Below are positions 36,459-48,883 of a stretch of DNA of 64,000 nucleotides, one piece after another. The stretch's first letter is position 1. Each line of letters starts with the position of its first letter. Source of the stretch: Raja brachyura (lineage: Eukaryota); the NCBI GenBank assembly GCA_963514005.1, contig OY740789.1, positions 82,522,001 through 82,586,000 on the forward strand, written 5' to 3'. A program made the translations under genes and the position numbers. Below the pieces are notes generated by a model. That model did not search any database and had not been told where the DNA came from. It saw only the letters and a list, made by a program, of their open reading frames with translations.

Positions 36459-39400
36459 TCCTCACCCCAGCACCCAGCTCCTCACCCCAGCACCCAGCTC
36501 CTCACCCCAGCACCCAGCTCCTCACCCCAGCACCCAGCTCCTCACCCCAGCACCCAGCTCCTCACCCCAGCACCCAGCTCCTCGCCCCCAGCACCCAGCT
36601 CCTCCACCCCAGCACCCAGCTCCTCACCCCAGCACCCAGCTCCTCACCCCAGCACCCAGCTCCCCACCCCAGCACCCAGCTCCCCACCCCAGCACCCAGC
36701 TCCCCACCCCAGCACCCAGCTCCCCACCCCAGCACCCAGCTCCCCACCCCAGCACCCAGCTCCCCACCCCAGCACCCAGCTCCTCCACCCCAGCACCCAG
36801 CTCCTCCACCCCAGCACCCAGCTCCTCCACCCCAGCACCCAGCTCCTCGCCCCCAGCACCCAGCTCCTCGCCCCCAGCACCCAGCTCCTCGCCCCCAGCA
36901 CCCAGCTCCTCGCCCCCAGCACCCAGCTCCTCCACCCCAGCACCCAGCTCCTCCACCCCAGCACCCAGCTCCTCGCCCCCAGCACCCAGCTCCTCCACCC
37001 CAGCACCCAGCTCCCCGCCCCAGCACCCAGCTCCCCGCCCCAGCACCCAGCTCCCCGCCCCAGCACCCAGCTCCCCGCCCCAGCACCCAGCTCCCCGCCC
37101 CAGCACCCAGCTCCTCACCCCAGCTCCCCACCCCTCACCCCAGCTCCCCACCCCCAGCACCCAGCTCCCCACCCCCAGCACCCAGCTCCCCGCCCCAGCA
37201 CCCAGCTCCTCACCCCAGCACCCAGCTCCTCGCCCCAGCACCCAGCTCCTCGCCCCAGCACCCAGCTCCTCGCCCCAGCACCCAGCTCCTCGCCCCAGCA
37301 CCCAGCTCCTCGCCCCAGCACACAGCTCCTCGCCCCAGCACCCAGCTCCTCGCCCCAGCACCCAGCTCCTCGCCCCAGCACCCAGCTCCTCGCCCCAGCA
37401 CCCAGCTCCTCGCCCCAGCACCCAGCTCCTCGCCCCAGCACCCAGCTCCTCGCCCCAGCACCCAGCTCCTCGCCCCAGCACCCAGCTCCTCGCCCCAGCA
37501 CCCAGCTCCTCGCCCCAGCACCCAGCTCCTCGCCCCAGCACCCAGCTCCCGGCCCCCAGCACCCAGCTCCCGGCCCCCAGCACCCAGCTCCCGGCCCCCA
37601 GCACCCAGCTCCCGGCCCCCAGCACCCAGCTCCCGGCCCCCAGCACCCGGCTCCCGGCCCCCAGCACCCGGCTCCCGGCCCCCAGCACCCGGCTCCCGGC
37701 CCCCAGCACCCGGCTCCCGGCCCCCAGCACCCGGCTCCCGGCCCCCAGCACCCGGCTCCCGGCCCCCAGCACCCGGCACCCGGCCCCCAGCACCCGGCTC
37801 CCGGCCCCCAGCACCCGGCTCCCGGCCCCCAGCACCCGGCCCCCGGCCCCCAGCTCCCGGCCCCCGGCACCCAGCTCCCGGCCCCCGGCACCCAGCTCCC
37901 GGCCCCCGGCACCCAGCTCCTCCGCCCCCGGCACCCAGCTCCTGGCCCCCGGCACCCAGCTCCTGGCCCCCGGCACCCAGCTCCCCGCCCCAGCACCCAG
38001 CTCCCCGCCCCAGCACCCAGCTCCCCGCCCCAGCACCCAGCTCCCCGCCCCAGCACCCAGCTCCCCGCCCCAGCACCCAGCTCCCCGCCCCAGCACCCAG
38101 TTCCCCGCCCCAGCACCCAGCTCCCCGCCCCAGCACCCAGCTCCCCGCCCCAGCACCCAGCTCCCCGCCCCAGCACTCAGCTCCCCGCCCCAGCACCCAG
38201 CTCCTCGCCCCAGCACCCAGCTCCTCGCCCCAGCACCCAGCTCCTCGCCCCAGCACCCAGCTCCTCGCCCCAGCACCCAGCTCCTCGCCCCAGCACCCAG
38301 CTCCTCGCCCCAGCACCCAGCTCCTCGCCCCAGCACACAGCTCCTCGCCCCAGCACACAGCTCCTCGCCCCAGCACCCAGCTCCTCGCCCCAGCACCCAG
38401 CTCCTCGCCCCAGCACCCAGCTCCTCGCCCCAGCACCCAGCTCCTCGCCCCAGCACCCAGCTCCTCGCCCCAGCACCCAGCTCCTCGCCCCAGCACCCAG
38501 CTCCTCGCCCCAGCACCCAGCTCCTCGCCCCAGCACCCAGCTCCTCGCCCCAGCACCCAGCTCCTCGCCCCAGCACCCAGCTCCCGGCCCCCAGCACCCA
38601 GCTCCCGGCCCCCAGCACCCAGCTCCCGGCCCCCAGCACCCAGCTCCCGGCCCCCAGCACCCAGCTCCCGGCCCCCAGCACCCAGCTCCCGGCCCCCAGC
38701 AGCCGGCTCCCGGCCCCCAGCACCCGGCTCCCGGCCCCCAGCACCCGGCTCCCGGCCCCCAGCACCCGGCTCCCGGCCCCCAGCACCCGGCTCCCGGCCC
38801 CCAGCACCCGGCTCCCGGCCCCCAGCACCCGGCTCCCGGCCCCCAGCACCCGGCTCCCGGCCCCCAGTACCCGGCTCCCGGCCCCCAGCACCCGGCCCCC
38901 GGCCCCCAGCTCCCGGCCCCCGGCACCCAGCTCCCGGCCCCCGGCACCCAGCTCCCGGCCCCCGGCACCCAGCTCCTCCGCCCCCGGCACCCAGCTCCTG
39001 GCCCCCGGCACCCAGCTCCTGGCCCCCGGCACCCAGCTCCCCGCCCCAGCACCCAGCTCCCCGCCCCAGCACCCAGCTCCCCGCCCCAGCACCCAGCTCC
39101 CCGCCCCAGCACCCAGCTCCCCGCCCCAGCACCCAGCTCCCCGCCCCAGCACCCAGTTCCCCGCCCCAGCACCCAGCTCCCCGCCCCAGCACCCAGCTCC
39201 CCGCCCCAGCACCCAGCTCCCCGCCCCAGCACTCAGCTCCCCGCCCCAGCACCCAGCTCCTCGCCCCAGCACCCAGCTCCTCGCCCCAGCACCCAGCTCC
39301 TCGCCCCAGCACCCAGCTCCTCGCCCCAGCACCCAGCTCCTCGCCCCAGCACCCAGCTCCTCGCCCCAGCACCCAGCTCCTCGCCCCAGCACACAGCTCC

Positions 39401-42400
39401 TCGCCCCAGCACACAGCTCCTCGCCCCAGCACCCAGCTCCTCGCCCAGCACCCAGCTCCTCGCCCCAGCACCCAGCTCCTCGCCCCAGCACCCAGCTCCT
39501 CGCCCCAGCACCCAGCTCCTCGCCCCAGCACCCAGCTCCTCGCCCCAGCACCCAGCTCCTCGCCCCAGCACCCAGCTCCTCGCCCCAGCACCCAGCTCCT
39601 CGCCCCAGCACCCAGCTCCTCGCCCCAGCACCCAGCTCCCGGCCCCCAGCACCCAGCTCCCGGCCCCCAGCACCCAGCTCCCGGCCCCCAGCACCCAGCT
39701 CCCGGCCCCCAGCACCCAGCTCCCGGCCCCCAGCAGCCGGCTCCCGGCCCCCAGCACCCGGCTCCCGGCCCCCAGCACCCGGCTCCCGGCCCCCAGCACC
39801 CGGCTCCCGGCCCCCAGCACCCGGCTCCCGGCCCCCAGCACCCGGCTCCCGGCCCCCAGCACCCGGCTCCCGGCCCCCAGCACCCGGCTCCCGGCCCCCA
39901 GCACCCGGCTCCCGGCCCCCAGCACCCGGCCCCCGGCCCCCAGCTCCCGGCCCCCGGCACCCAGCTCCCGGCCCCCGGCACCCAGCTCCCGGCCCCCGGC
40001 ACCCAGCTCCTCCGCCCCCGGCACCCAGCTCCTGGCCCCCGGCACCCAGCTCCTGGCCCCCGGCACCCAGCTCCCCGCCCCAGCACCCAGCTCCCCGCCC
40101 CAGCACCCAGCTCCCCGCCCCAGCACCCAGCTCCCCGCCCCAGCACCCAGCTCCCCGCCCCAGCACCCAGCTCCCCGCCCCAGCACCCAGTTCCCCGCCC
40201 CAGCACCCAGCTCCCCGCCCCAGCACCCAGCTCCCCGCCCCAGCACCCAGCTCCCCGCCCCAGCACTCAGCTCCCCGCCCCAGCACCCAGCTCCTCGCCC
40301 CAGCACCCAGCTCCTCGCCCCAGCACCCAGCTCCTCGCCCCAGCACCCAGCTCCTCGCCCCAGCACCCAGCTCCTCGCCCCAGCACCCAGCTCCTCGCCC
40401 CAGCACCCAGCTCCTCGCCCCAGCACACAGCTCCTCGCCCCAGCACACAGCTCCTCGCCCCAGCACCCAGCTCCTCGCCCCAGCACCCAGCTCCTCGCCC
40501 CAGCACCCAGCTCCTCGCCCCAGCACCCAGCTCCTCGCCCCAGCACCCAGCTCCTCGCCCCAGCACCCAGCTCCTCGCCCCAGCACCCAGCTCCTCGCCC
40601 CAGCACCCAGCTCCTCGCCCCAGCACCCAGCTCCTCGCCCCAGCACCCAGCTCCCGGCCCCCAGCACCCGGCTCCCGGCCCCCAGCACCCGGCTCCCGGC
40701 CCCCAGCACCCGGCTCCCGGCCCCCAGCACCCGGCTCCCGGCCCCCAGCACCCGGCTCCCGGCCCCCAGCACCCGGCTCCCGGCCCCCAGCACCCGGCTC
40801 CCGGCCCCCAGCACCCGGCTCCCGGCCCCCAGCACCCGGTTCCCGGCCCCCAGCACCCGGCTCCCGGCCCCCAGCACCCGGCTCCCGGCCCCCAGCACCC
40901 GGCTCCCGGCCCCCAGCACCCGGCTCCCGGCCCCCAGCACCCGGCTCCCGGCCCCCAGCACCCGGCTCCCGGCCCCCAGCACCCGGCTCCCGGCCCCCAG
41001 CTCCCGGCCCCCGGCACCCAGCTCCCGGCCCCCGGCACCCAGCTCCTCCGCCCCCGGCACCCAGCTCCCCGCCCCCGGCACCCAGTTCCCGGCCCCCAGC
41101 ACCCAGCTCCCGGCCCCAGCACCCAGCTCCCCGCCCCAGCACCCAGCTCCCCGCCCCAGCACCCAGCTCCCCGCCCCAGCACCCAGCTCCCCGCCCCAGC
41201 ACCCAGCTCCCCGCCCCAGCACCCAGCTCCCCGCCCCAGCACCCAGCTCCCCGCCCCAGCACCTAGCTCCTCGCCCCAGCACCCAGCTCCTCGCCCCCGC
41301 ACCCAGCTCCTCGCCCCAGCACCCAGCTCCTCGCCCCAGCACCCAGCTCCTCGCCCCAGCACCCAGCTCCCGGCCCCCAGCACCCAGCTCCCGGCCCCCA
41401 GCACCCAGCTCCCGGCCCCCAGCACCCAGCTCCCGGCCCCCAGCACCCAGCTCCCGGCCCCCAGCACCCAGCTCCCGGCCCCCAGCACCCAGCTCCCGGC
41501 CCCCAGCACCCGGCTCCCGGCCCCCAGCACCCGGCTCCCGGCCCCCAGCACCCGGCTCCCGGCCCCCAGCACCCGGCTCCCGGCCCCCAGCACCCGGCTC
41601 CCGGCCCCCAGCACCCGGCTCCCGGCCCCCCCAGCACCCGGCTCCCGGCCCCCAGCACCCGGCTCCCGGCCCCCAGCACCCGGCTCCCGGCCCCCAGCAC
41701 CCGGCTCCCGGCCCCCAGCACCCGGCTCCCGGCCCCCAGCACCCGGCTCCCGGCCCCCAGCACCCGGCTCCCGGCCCCCAGCACCCGGCTCCCGGCCCCC
41801 AGCACCCGGCTCCCGGCCCCCAGCACCCGGCTCCCGGCCCCCAGCACCCGGCTCCCGGCCCCCAGCACCCGGCTCCCGGCCCCCAGCACCCGGCTCCCGG
41901 CCCCCAGCACCCGGCTCCCGGCCCCCAGCACCCGGCTCCCGGCCCCCAGCACCGGCTCCCGGCCCCCAGCACCCGGCGCCCGGCCCCCAGCTCCCGGCCC
42001 CCGGCCCCCAGCTCCCGGCCCCCGGCCCCCAGCTCCCGGCCCCCGGCACCCAGCTCCTCCGCCCCCGGCACCCAGCTCCTCCGCCCCCGGCACCCAGCTC
42101 CCGGCCCCCGGCACCCAGCTCCCCGCCCCAGCACCCAGCTCCCCGCCCCAGCACCCAGCTCCCCGCCCCAGCACCCAGCTCCCCGCCCCAGCACCCAGTT
42201 CCCGGCCCCAGCACCCAGCTCCCGGCCCCCAGCACCCAGCTCCCGGCCCCCAGCACCCAGCTCCCGGCCCCCAGCACCCAGCTCCCGGCCCCCAGCACCC
42301 AGCTCCCGGCCCCCAGCACCCAGCTCCCGGCCCCCAGCACCCAGCTCCCGGCCCCCAGCACCCAGCTCCCGGCCCCCAGCACCCAGCTCCCGGCCCCCAG

Positions 42401-43487
42401 CACCCAGCTCCCGGCCCCCAGCACCCAGCTCCCTGCCCCCAGCACCCAGCTCCCGGCCCCCAGCACCCAGCTCCCGGCCCCCAGCACCCAGCTCCCGGCC
42501 CCCAGCACCCGGCTCCCGGCCCCCAGCTCCCGGCCCCCGGCACCCAGCTCCCGGCCCCCAGCACCCAGCTCCCGGCCCCCAGCACCCAGCTCCCGGCCCC
42601 CAGCACCCAGCTCCCGGCCCCCAGCACCCAGCTCCCGGCCCCCAGCACCCAGCTCCCGGCCCCCAGCACCCGGCTCCCGGCCCCCAGCACCCGGCTCCCG
42701 GCCCCCAGCACCCGGCTCCCGGCCCCCAGCTCCCGGCCCCCGGCACCCAGCTCCCGGCCCCCGGCACCCAGCTCCTCCGCCCCCGGCACCCAGCTCCCCC
42801 CCCCAGCACCCAGCTCCCCGCCCCAGCACCCAGCTCCCCGCCCCAGCACCCAGCTCCCCGCCCCAGCACCCAGCTCCCCGCCCCAGCACCCAGCTCCCCG
42901 CCCCAGCACCCAGCTCCCCGCCCCAGCACCCAGTTCCCCGCCCCAGCACCCAGCTCCCCGCCCCAGCACCCAGCTCCCCGCCCCAGCACCCAGCTCCCCG
43001 CCCCAGCACCCAGCTCCCCGCCCCAGCACCCAGCTCCCCGCCCCAGCACCCAGCTCCCCGCCCCAGCACCCAGCTCCCCGCCCCAGCACCCAGCTCCCCG
43101 CCCCAGCACCCAGCTCCCCGCCCCAGCACCCAGCTCCCCGCCCCAGCACCCAGCTCCCCGCCCCAGCACCCAGCTCCTCGCCCCAGCACCCAGCTCCTCG
43201 CCCCAGCACCCAGCTCCTCGCCCCAGCACCCAGCTCCTCGCCCCAGCACCCAGCTCCTCGCCCCAGCACCCAGCTCCTCGCCCCAGCACCCAGCTCCTCG
43301 CCCCAGCACCCAGCTCCCGGCCCCCAGCACCCAGCTCCCGGCCCCCAGCACCCAGCTCCCGGCCCCCAGCACCCAGCTCCCGGCCCCCAGCACCCAGCTC
43401 CCGTCCCCCAGCTCCCGGCCCCCAGCACCCAGCTCCCGGCCCCAGCACCCAGCTGCTGCACCAGCTCCTCACCCCAGCACCCTGCTG
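36459..43487. repeat. ~7-kb tandem array of 20-21-bp units (CCCCAGCACCCAGCTCCTCG and CCCCCAGCACCC(A/G)GCTCCCGG variants) in the JH-CH1 intron; switch-region-like
   Basis: Directly visible; roughly 340 units, blocks of variant units, ~1-kb higher-order periodicity. Confidence 0.98.
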
Positions 43488-44419
43488 CCAGTATGATGTG
43501 TTTTCCAGTCTCTGACCCACCTCCTGACCACATTAGGAACATTGATCCAAATTAATCTGCACTCATCACCTGCTGATCCCGGGATGGAAAACACTGTGAG
43601 CTACAAGTCTCGCTGCCTGACATTATTGAGCCTCCTGCACGAAACACTCGGCAGCTCGGGCAGCATCTGTGGGGTGAGAAGCAGAATCACCCTTTCACTT
43701 CACTGCTCTTTCATCAAACTCTTTCAGTACAGTTTATGACAACCACACTATTTCCACTTTTATTTGATGGTTTTTCATTTTGTTGAAGGTTTCCACAACC
43801 TCAGGACATCTCAAAGCATTTCCCAGCCCATTAATAATTCAGAGACATAGAGTCATACAGCACGGAAACAGTCCCTTCAGCTCAGCTCGTGCAAGGCAGC
43901 CCTGATGCCCCATGTATGCCAGTCCCACTTACCCATGTTTACCTCATGTCCTCTAATCCTTTCCTATCCATGTATCTGTCCATGTGTCTTTTAAATGCTG
44001 TTATTGTACCTGCCTCAACTGTTTCCTCTGGCAGCCTGTTCCATATACATCCCATCGCCCTGTGTGTCAGAATGTTCCCCACACATTCCCGTTAAATCTT
44101 GTTCCTCTCATCTTGCACCTATATCGTGATTCCACTATCCTGTGTAAAAGTGTGTATTCACCCTATCTATTCCCCTCATGATTTGATACACCTTTATAGG
44201 ATCACTCTTCTGCCTTCTAGACGTATAAAGGATTAAAGTCCGAGCCTGCCCTACTTTTCCCTCCAGCTCAGGCCCTCGAGTCCCGGCAACATTCTTGTAA
44301 ATCTTCTCACCACTCTTCTAGCCTAATGATATCTTTCCTAGAGTAGCTTGATGAAAACTCAACATTGTATTCCAAATTCAGCCTCACTGATTTCTTGCAA
44401 CACTCAAGTATAACATCCA

Positions 44420-45224
44420 ACTTCTGAACTCTCATTTTAATGGACCATGGTGTGGGGGGGATAGTATCCGTTATTGCCGAATGTCCGCTTTAAACGAGTA
44501 AGGTATTACCCATGTGTGTAGTTGAAACAAAGAATGCAGATGTTGGTTAATACACAAAGACACAAAGTGCTGGAGTAACTCAACTGGTCAGGGAGCATCT
44601 CTGGAGAACATCGACTGGGGACTCTTCTTCAGACTAATTCAGTCTGCTGGGTTACACAAACACTTTGTGTCATTGCACCTTAAAACCAGGCGCCATTGCC
44701 TCTGCTCTGCACCAGCAAGTCCTTCTTCATCCACCGCATGGTCTGGTGACACGGCTGTGGTTGTGGCTCACATTGTAGCCTCTGGCTGGCAGTGCATTCT
44801 TCAGGCCGCTGCCACTGACAGGGTGCACGCTCACCATGGGGCACCCTCTCCTCTCACCAGCTGCTGCTTCCAAGGTGCAGTATTCAGAACCTTCCAAGGT
44901 TCCAGGGACAAAGTGAAGAGCCGACAGGTTGAAGCAGCAGCAGGTGGGAGGGGAGGGAGCCTCATGGTGACCAAGCACGTCCTGTCGAGAACGGCAGCTT
45001 GAAGAAAGTGTTCATCTCGGAGGGGCTCCGTGAGCCACAACAACAGCAGTATCACGAACCATACGGTGGTGGGTGAAGAAGGGCTCACTTGCGAGTTGGG
45101 GATGGAGTTGGAAGCCGGGGCTCTAAGCGGTCAAGAGCCATGCGTGGCAGGATGGTATCGGCAGGTCCGTCTGCTATATCCGAAATCTGTTATAAAGGGG
45201 TCCGTTGAAATGAGGGGTTACTGT
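44420..45224. mobile_element. Possible Tc/pogo-type non-autonomous element in the JH-CH1 intron
   Basis: Imperfect inverted termini ctctcattttaatggacc ... ggtccgttgaaatgaggggttactg|TA. Confidence 0.4.
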
Positions 45225-45680
45225 ATATCAATTCCCTGACTCATGAAGAGCTTTTTTTAACCAACCTATTTACCTGTGACAACACTTCCTGGGATCTGTG
45301 TACCTGTACTCGAAGATCCCTTAGTTGTGCAACACTCCCCAGGGCCCAGCGTTGAGGAAGAGGCCAGATCTAGCACCATTTGGCCCGGTGGTTGTGGATA
45401 TGGTCCATCTGGCACTGTACCGTGTGCTTCATCACCCACAGCACAGGCCGGTTTGTCCCTCTGGTTGGCAGAAGTTGCTTCACCAGTGTGAGATCAGCAT
45501 TTCACTGCTTGGTCATGCACAGTGTGAAAGGCATTGGGAAAGGAACCAATTCTCTGCTCTGCCTGGCCTTCCCTCAGCCTGAATCACCTGCATTTACTCA
45601 GCAATCAGCAGGAACCTGTTGCATGCGCTGGTAATAATCCATTTACTACAGAACCAACTGTTACTTTATTTACATTTCAG

Positions 45681-45989
45681 AGGTTGAGGCCTTGCCTTCA
45701 GTCCACATCACCTCTTCCTGCAACACAGAATCTGGCCAAGAGATCAGCATCCTCTGTCTGGTCAAGGACTACCAGCCTCAGATCATCAGTCAGACATGGT
45801 CCACCAGCAGTGGGGACATCACCACTGGAATCACAAAGTACCCACCAGTGTTGGGACAAAACAACAAGTACACAATGAGCAGCTTGCTGCGAGTCCCTGC
45901 GGCAGATTGGAATAGGAATACCGTCTACTACTGCAAGGCAGGATACAAGCCGGACAACATGGTGACAAGGACGTTCCCGGAGCATCAAG
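45681..45989 (+). CDS. IgW: IgW CH1 exon
   Basis: tttcag| acceptor, 309 nt, phase 1/1. Reads EVEALPSVHITSSCNTESGQEISILCLVKDYQP...W...YYCKAGYKPDNMVTRTFPEHQ, with an extra N-terminal Cys (candidate light-chain link); donor G|GTTAGT. Confidence 0.95.
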
Positions 45990-47029
45990 GTTAGTGTGAG
46001 ATTTTGTTGTCCATTTAAAGCTGATGATAGAACTGAAGTGGAAGCCTTTGTCAAACAATGTAGGAGGAAGTGAATTACTTATTTTGCTCATTCATTCTCC
46101 TCCTGTCAGCCAGAGTGCTGCTGCTCAAGGAAAAAGACAGTGAGAATTTATGTGGAAGGAGATAATGGTGGGGGTTGGGGTTCAGGGAGGAAGCATCTCG
46201 TCTTGATCTGCCTCCATTCCATCCACTGCTTTGTCTAATTCCTGCAGCTCTCTACCGCCCCAAACACCTCTCTACAGATCAGCTGCTGTGCACAGAGCCA
46301 CACCTATTGTGCCCGTGCACAGTGTGGAGATTTAAACCTTCCTCACTCTTCCTGCACTTTCACCTCAACCCTGCAGCCGACCCCTCACCAAGGAACTGCA
46401 GACGCTGGTTTAAAGCAAAGTTAGACTGCTGGAGTAACTCAGCGGGTCAGACAGCATCTCTGGAGAAAAGGAGTTGGTGACGTTTTGGGATGAGACCCTT
46501 CTTCAGACTGAGAGTTGGTGAAAGGGAAAAGACAGATATAGACGGTGATGTAGAGAGATATAGAACTAATGAATGAAAGATATGCAAAAAAGTAATGGTG
46601 ATAATGGAGACAGGCCATTGTGAGCTGTGAGCTCGGTGAAAACGAGTTACAGACAAAGTAGAGGTGAAGACAACTTAAAGTTGTGATTCCCAAACCTCCT
46701 GCCAGTAGAAACAGTTGTGTCATCTGTTCCTGTGTCTGCTCCAGCACACACTGAGATCACGGATGGTCTGTACGCCACTTACCCACCTCCACTCTTACCA
46801 CTGCAGAGTGGCCCACACTGCTGGGGAGGCCTGTGGTCTAACCCAGCCTCCCAATCACAGCTCTGACCAGCCCCTCACTGTGGGACCCACTGTATCAACA
46901 CATCACTGGCATATCACCAGCATTGTGGGGAGGGCTGGTACTGGGGCACTTGTCCCAGATGCTGGGAGAGTGGAATCCTACACTGTGGCTGAAGGAATCA
47001 TGTAATAACAGATATTAAATATGTTACAG

Positions 47030-47329
47030 CTCCACAGCTCATCCCCCTTGTTCCATCCCCGGAGATTCTCCACAATCAAACAACTGCTGTCCTGGGCTGC
47101 ATGATATCCGGATTCTCTCCTGACAATATTACAGTTTCCTGGAAAAAAGCTGGAGTTAATCAAGCGGGCATCGTTCTCCCGTCCACTCCGAGAACTAACG
47201 GTGGATTTGACACAGTTGCTTACCTGCCGTTGCGTGTGGAGGAATGGATCAAAAAACAGGAATATACTTGTGAAGTGACCCACGTGCCTTCCGGCATCAG
47301 CAACAGGATCAACATGAGATATCAAGGGG
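47030..47329 (+). CDS. IgW: IgW CH2 exon
   Basis: ttacag| acceptor, 300 nt. Reads APQLIPLVPSPEILHNQTTAVLGCMISGFSPDNITVSW...EYTCEVTHVPSGISNRINMRYQG; donor G|GTGAGT. Confidence 0.95.
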
Positions 47330-48755
47330 GTGAGTCGAGTCTGTTAATTTATTTACAGCATTAAACAATCTTACTGACATTTCCACCAAATTCCTGTCCC
47401 TGAGATCAGTCCTGTTGAGCAATGTATTATGTTCAGATTTGGCTTTTTGCAATTGAAGCCAATGCTTTCCATCAGTAATTCTAACTCATTCTACAGGACA
47501 TGTAGAGAGGAAGCTCACCAGTGTGTTGACTTCCACTCCTCTAGTTGCCTTTGTGTGCAGTGGTAAGAAAAATGGGACAGTGAATAAACCACAGGTCCCA
47601 TTCGATATCTGGAGAAGATCTCTCTTCCCTTCTCACTGTCTTTTTTGTGTTAGTTTCTCCAAATCTATCTTTTTCCACTGTTTCCTGAATGTTCTATATG
47701 GACAATAGGTGCAGGAGTAGGCCTTCGAGCCAACACCGCCATTTAATATGATCATGGTTGATCATCCCCAATCAGTACCCCGTTCCTGCCTTCTCCCCAT
47801 ATCCCCTGACTCCGCTATCTTTAAAAGCTCTAGCTCTCTCTTGAAAGTATCCAGAGAACCGGCCTCCACCGCCCTCTGAGGCAGAGAATTCCACAGACTC
47901 ACAACTCTGTTAGAAAAAGTGTTTCCTCACCTCCGTTCTAAATGACATGCCCCTTATTCTTAAGCGGTGGCCCCTGGTTCTGGACTCCCCCAACATTGGG
48001 AACATGTTTCTTGCCTCCCGCGTGTCCAAACCCTTAATAATCTTATATGTTTCAATAAGATCCCCTCTCATCCTTCTAAACTCTAGCGTATACAAGGCCT
48101 GCCGCTCCATTCTCTCAGCATATGACAGTCCCTCCATTCCGTGAATTAACCTGATGAACCTACGTTGCACTCCACTGGGGCCCTGTACAAGTGTTGCACT
48201 CCACTGGGGCACTACGGTCTCCACTGGGGCCCTGTACAACTGCAGAAGGACCTATTTGCTCCTATACTCGACTCCTCTTGTTATAAAGGCAAACATGCAA
48301 TTTGCTTTCTTCACTCCCTGCTGTACCTGCATGCTTACTTTCATTGACTGATGAACAAGGACCCCGAGATCTCATTATACTTCCTCATTTCCCAACTTCA
48401 CCCAATTTAGATAGTAATCTGCCTTCCTATTTTTGCTACCAAAGTGGAAAACCTCACATTTATCCACATTAAACAGCATCTGCCATGCATCTGCCCACTC
48501 ACCCAACCTGTCCAAGTCACCTGTAGATTGCCCTTTCATTGAAATGTCGGTGCCCTGGATTGTTTTTGAACTCATCTCCACCCTGTTTAAAGTGTTGTCT
48601 GATCCTGGACAAAGTGAAGCAGTTTATCGTGGTCGGCATAATCTCATGCTGATAAATACTGAGGACACAGACTGGGAATATGTGGATCTCCTGTTTCCTC
48701 AACACAGGAGGTGAAAATCTCTTAACATTTAAATCAATGAATCTTCCATTTCCAG

Positions 48756-48883
48756 GTGGAAAATGTCCCGGCTGTTCGAAGTGTCTGCCGAAGTTCTTCT
48801 ACCAGAGTAATCTCAATGTGACATTCTCAGATGGCTCTACCCAGCAGTATCATTGTTGGGCAGGAAAGTGTGAAATAAAGTAA
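48756..48883 (+). CDS. IgW: IgW-short / IgX-short cysteine-rich secretory tail exon
   Basis: ttccag| acceptor. Reads GGKCPGCSKCLPKFFYQSNLNVTFSDGSTQQYHCWAGKCEIK* (5 Cys, one N-V-T sequon). From recall, this matches the unusual tail of the 2-CH skate IgX / shark IgW-short form. Confidence 0.9.

Noticed and set aside
36410-43542. Giant Pro/Ala/Ser- or Gly/Trp-rich ORFs (up to 2358 aa) in several frames on both strands
   Set aside because: By-product of a tandem array with almost no stop codons; open in nearly all frames and intronic.
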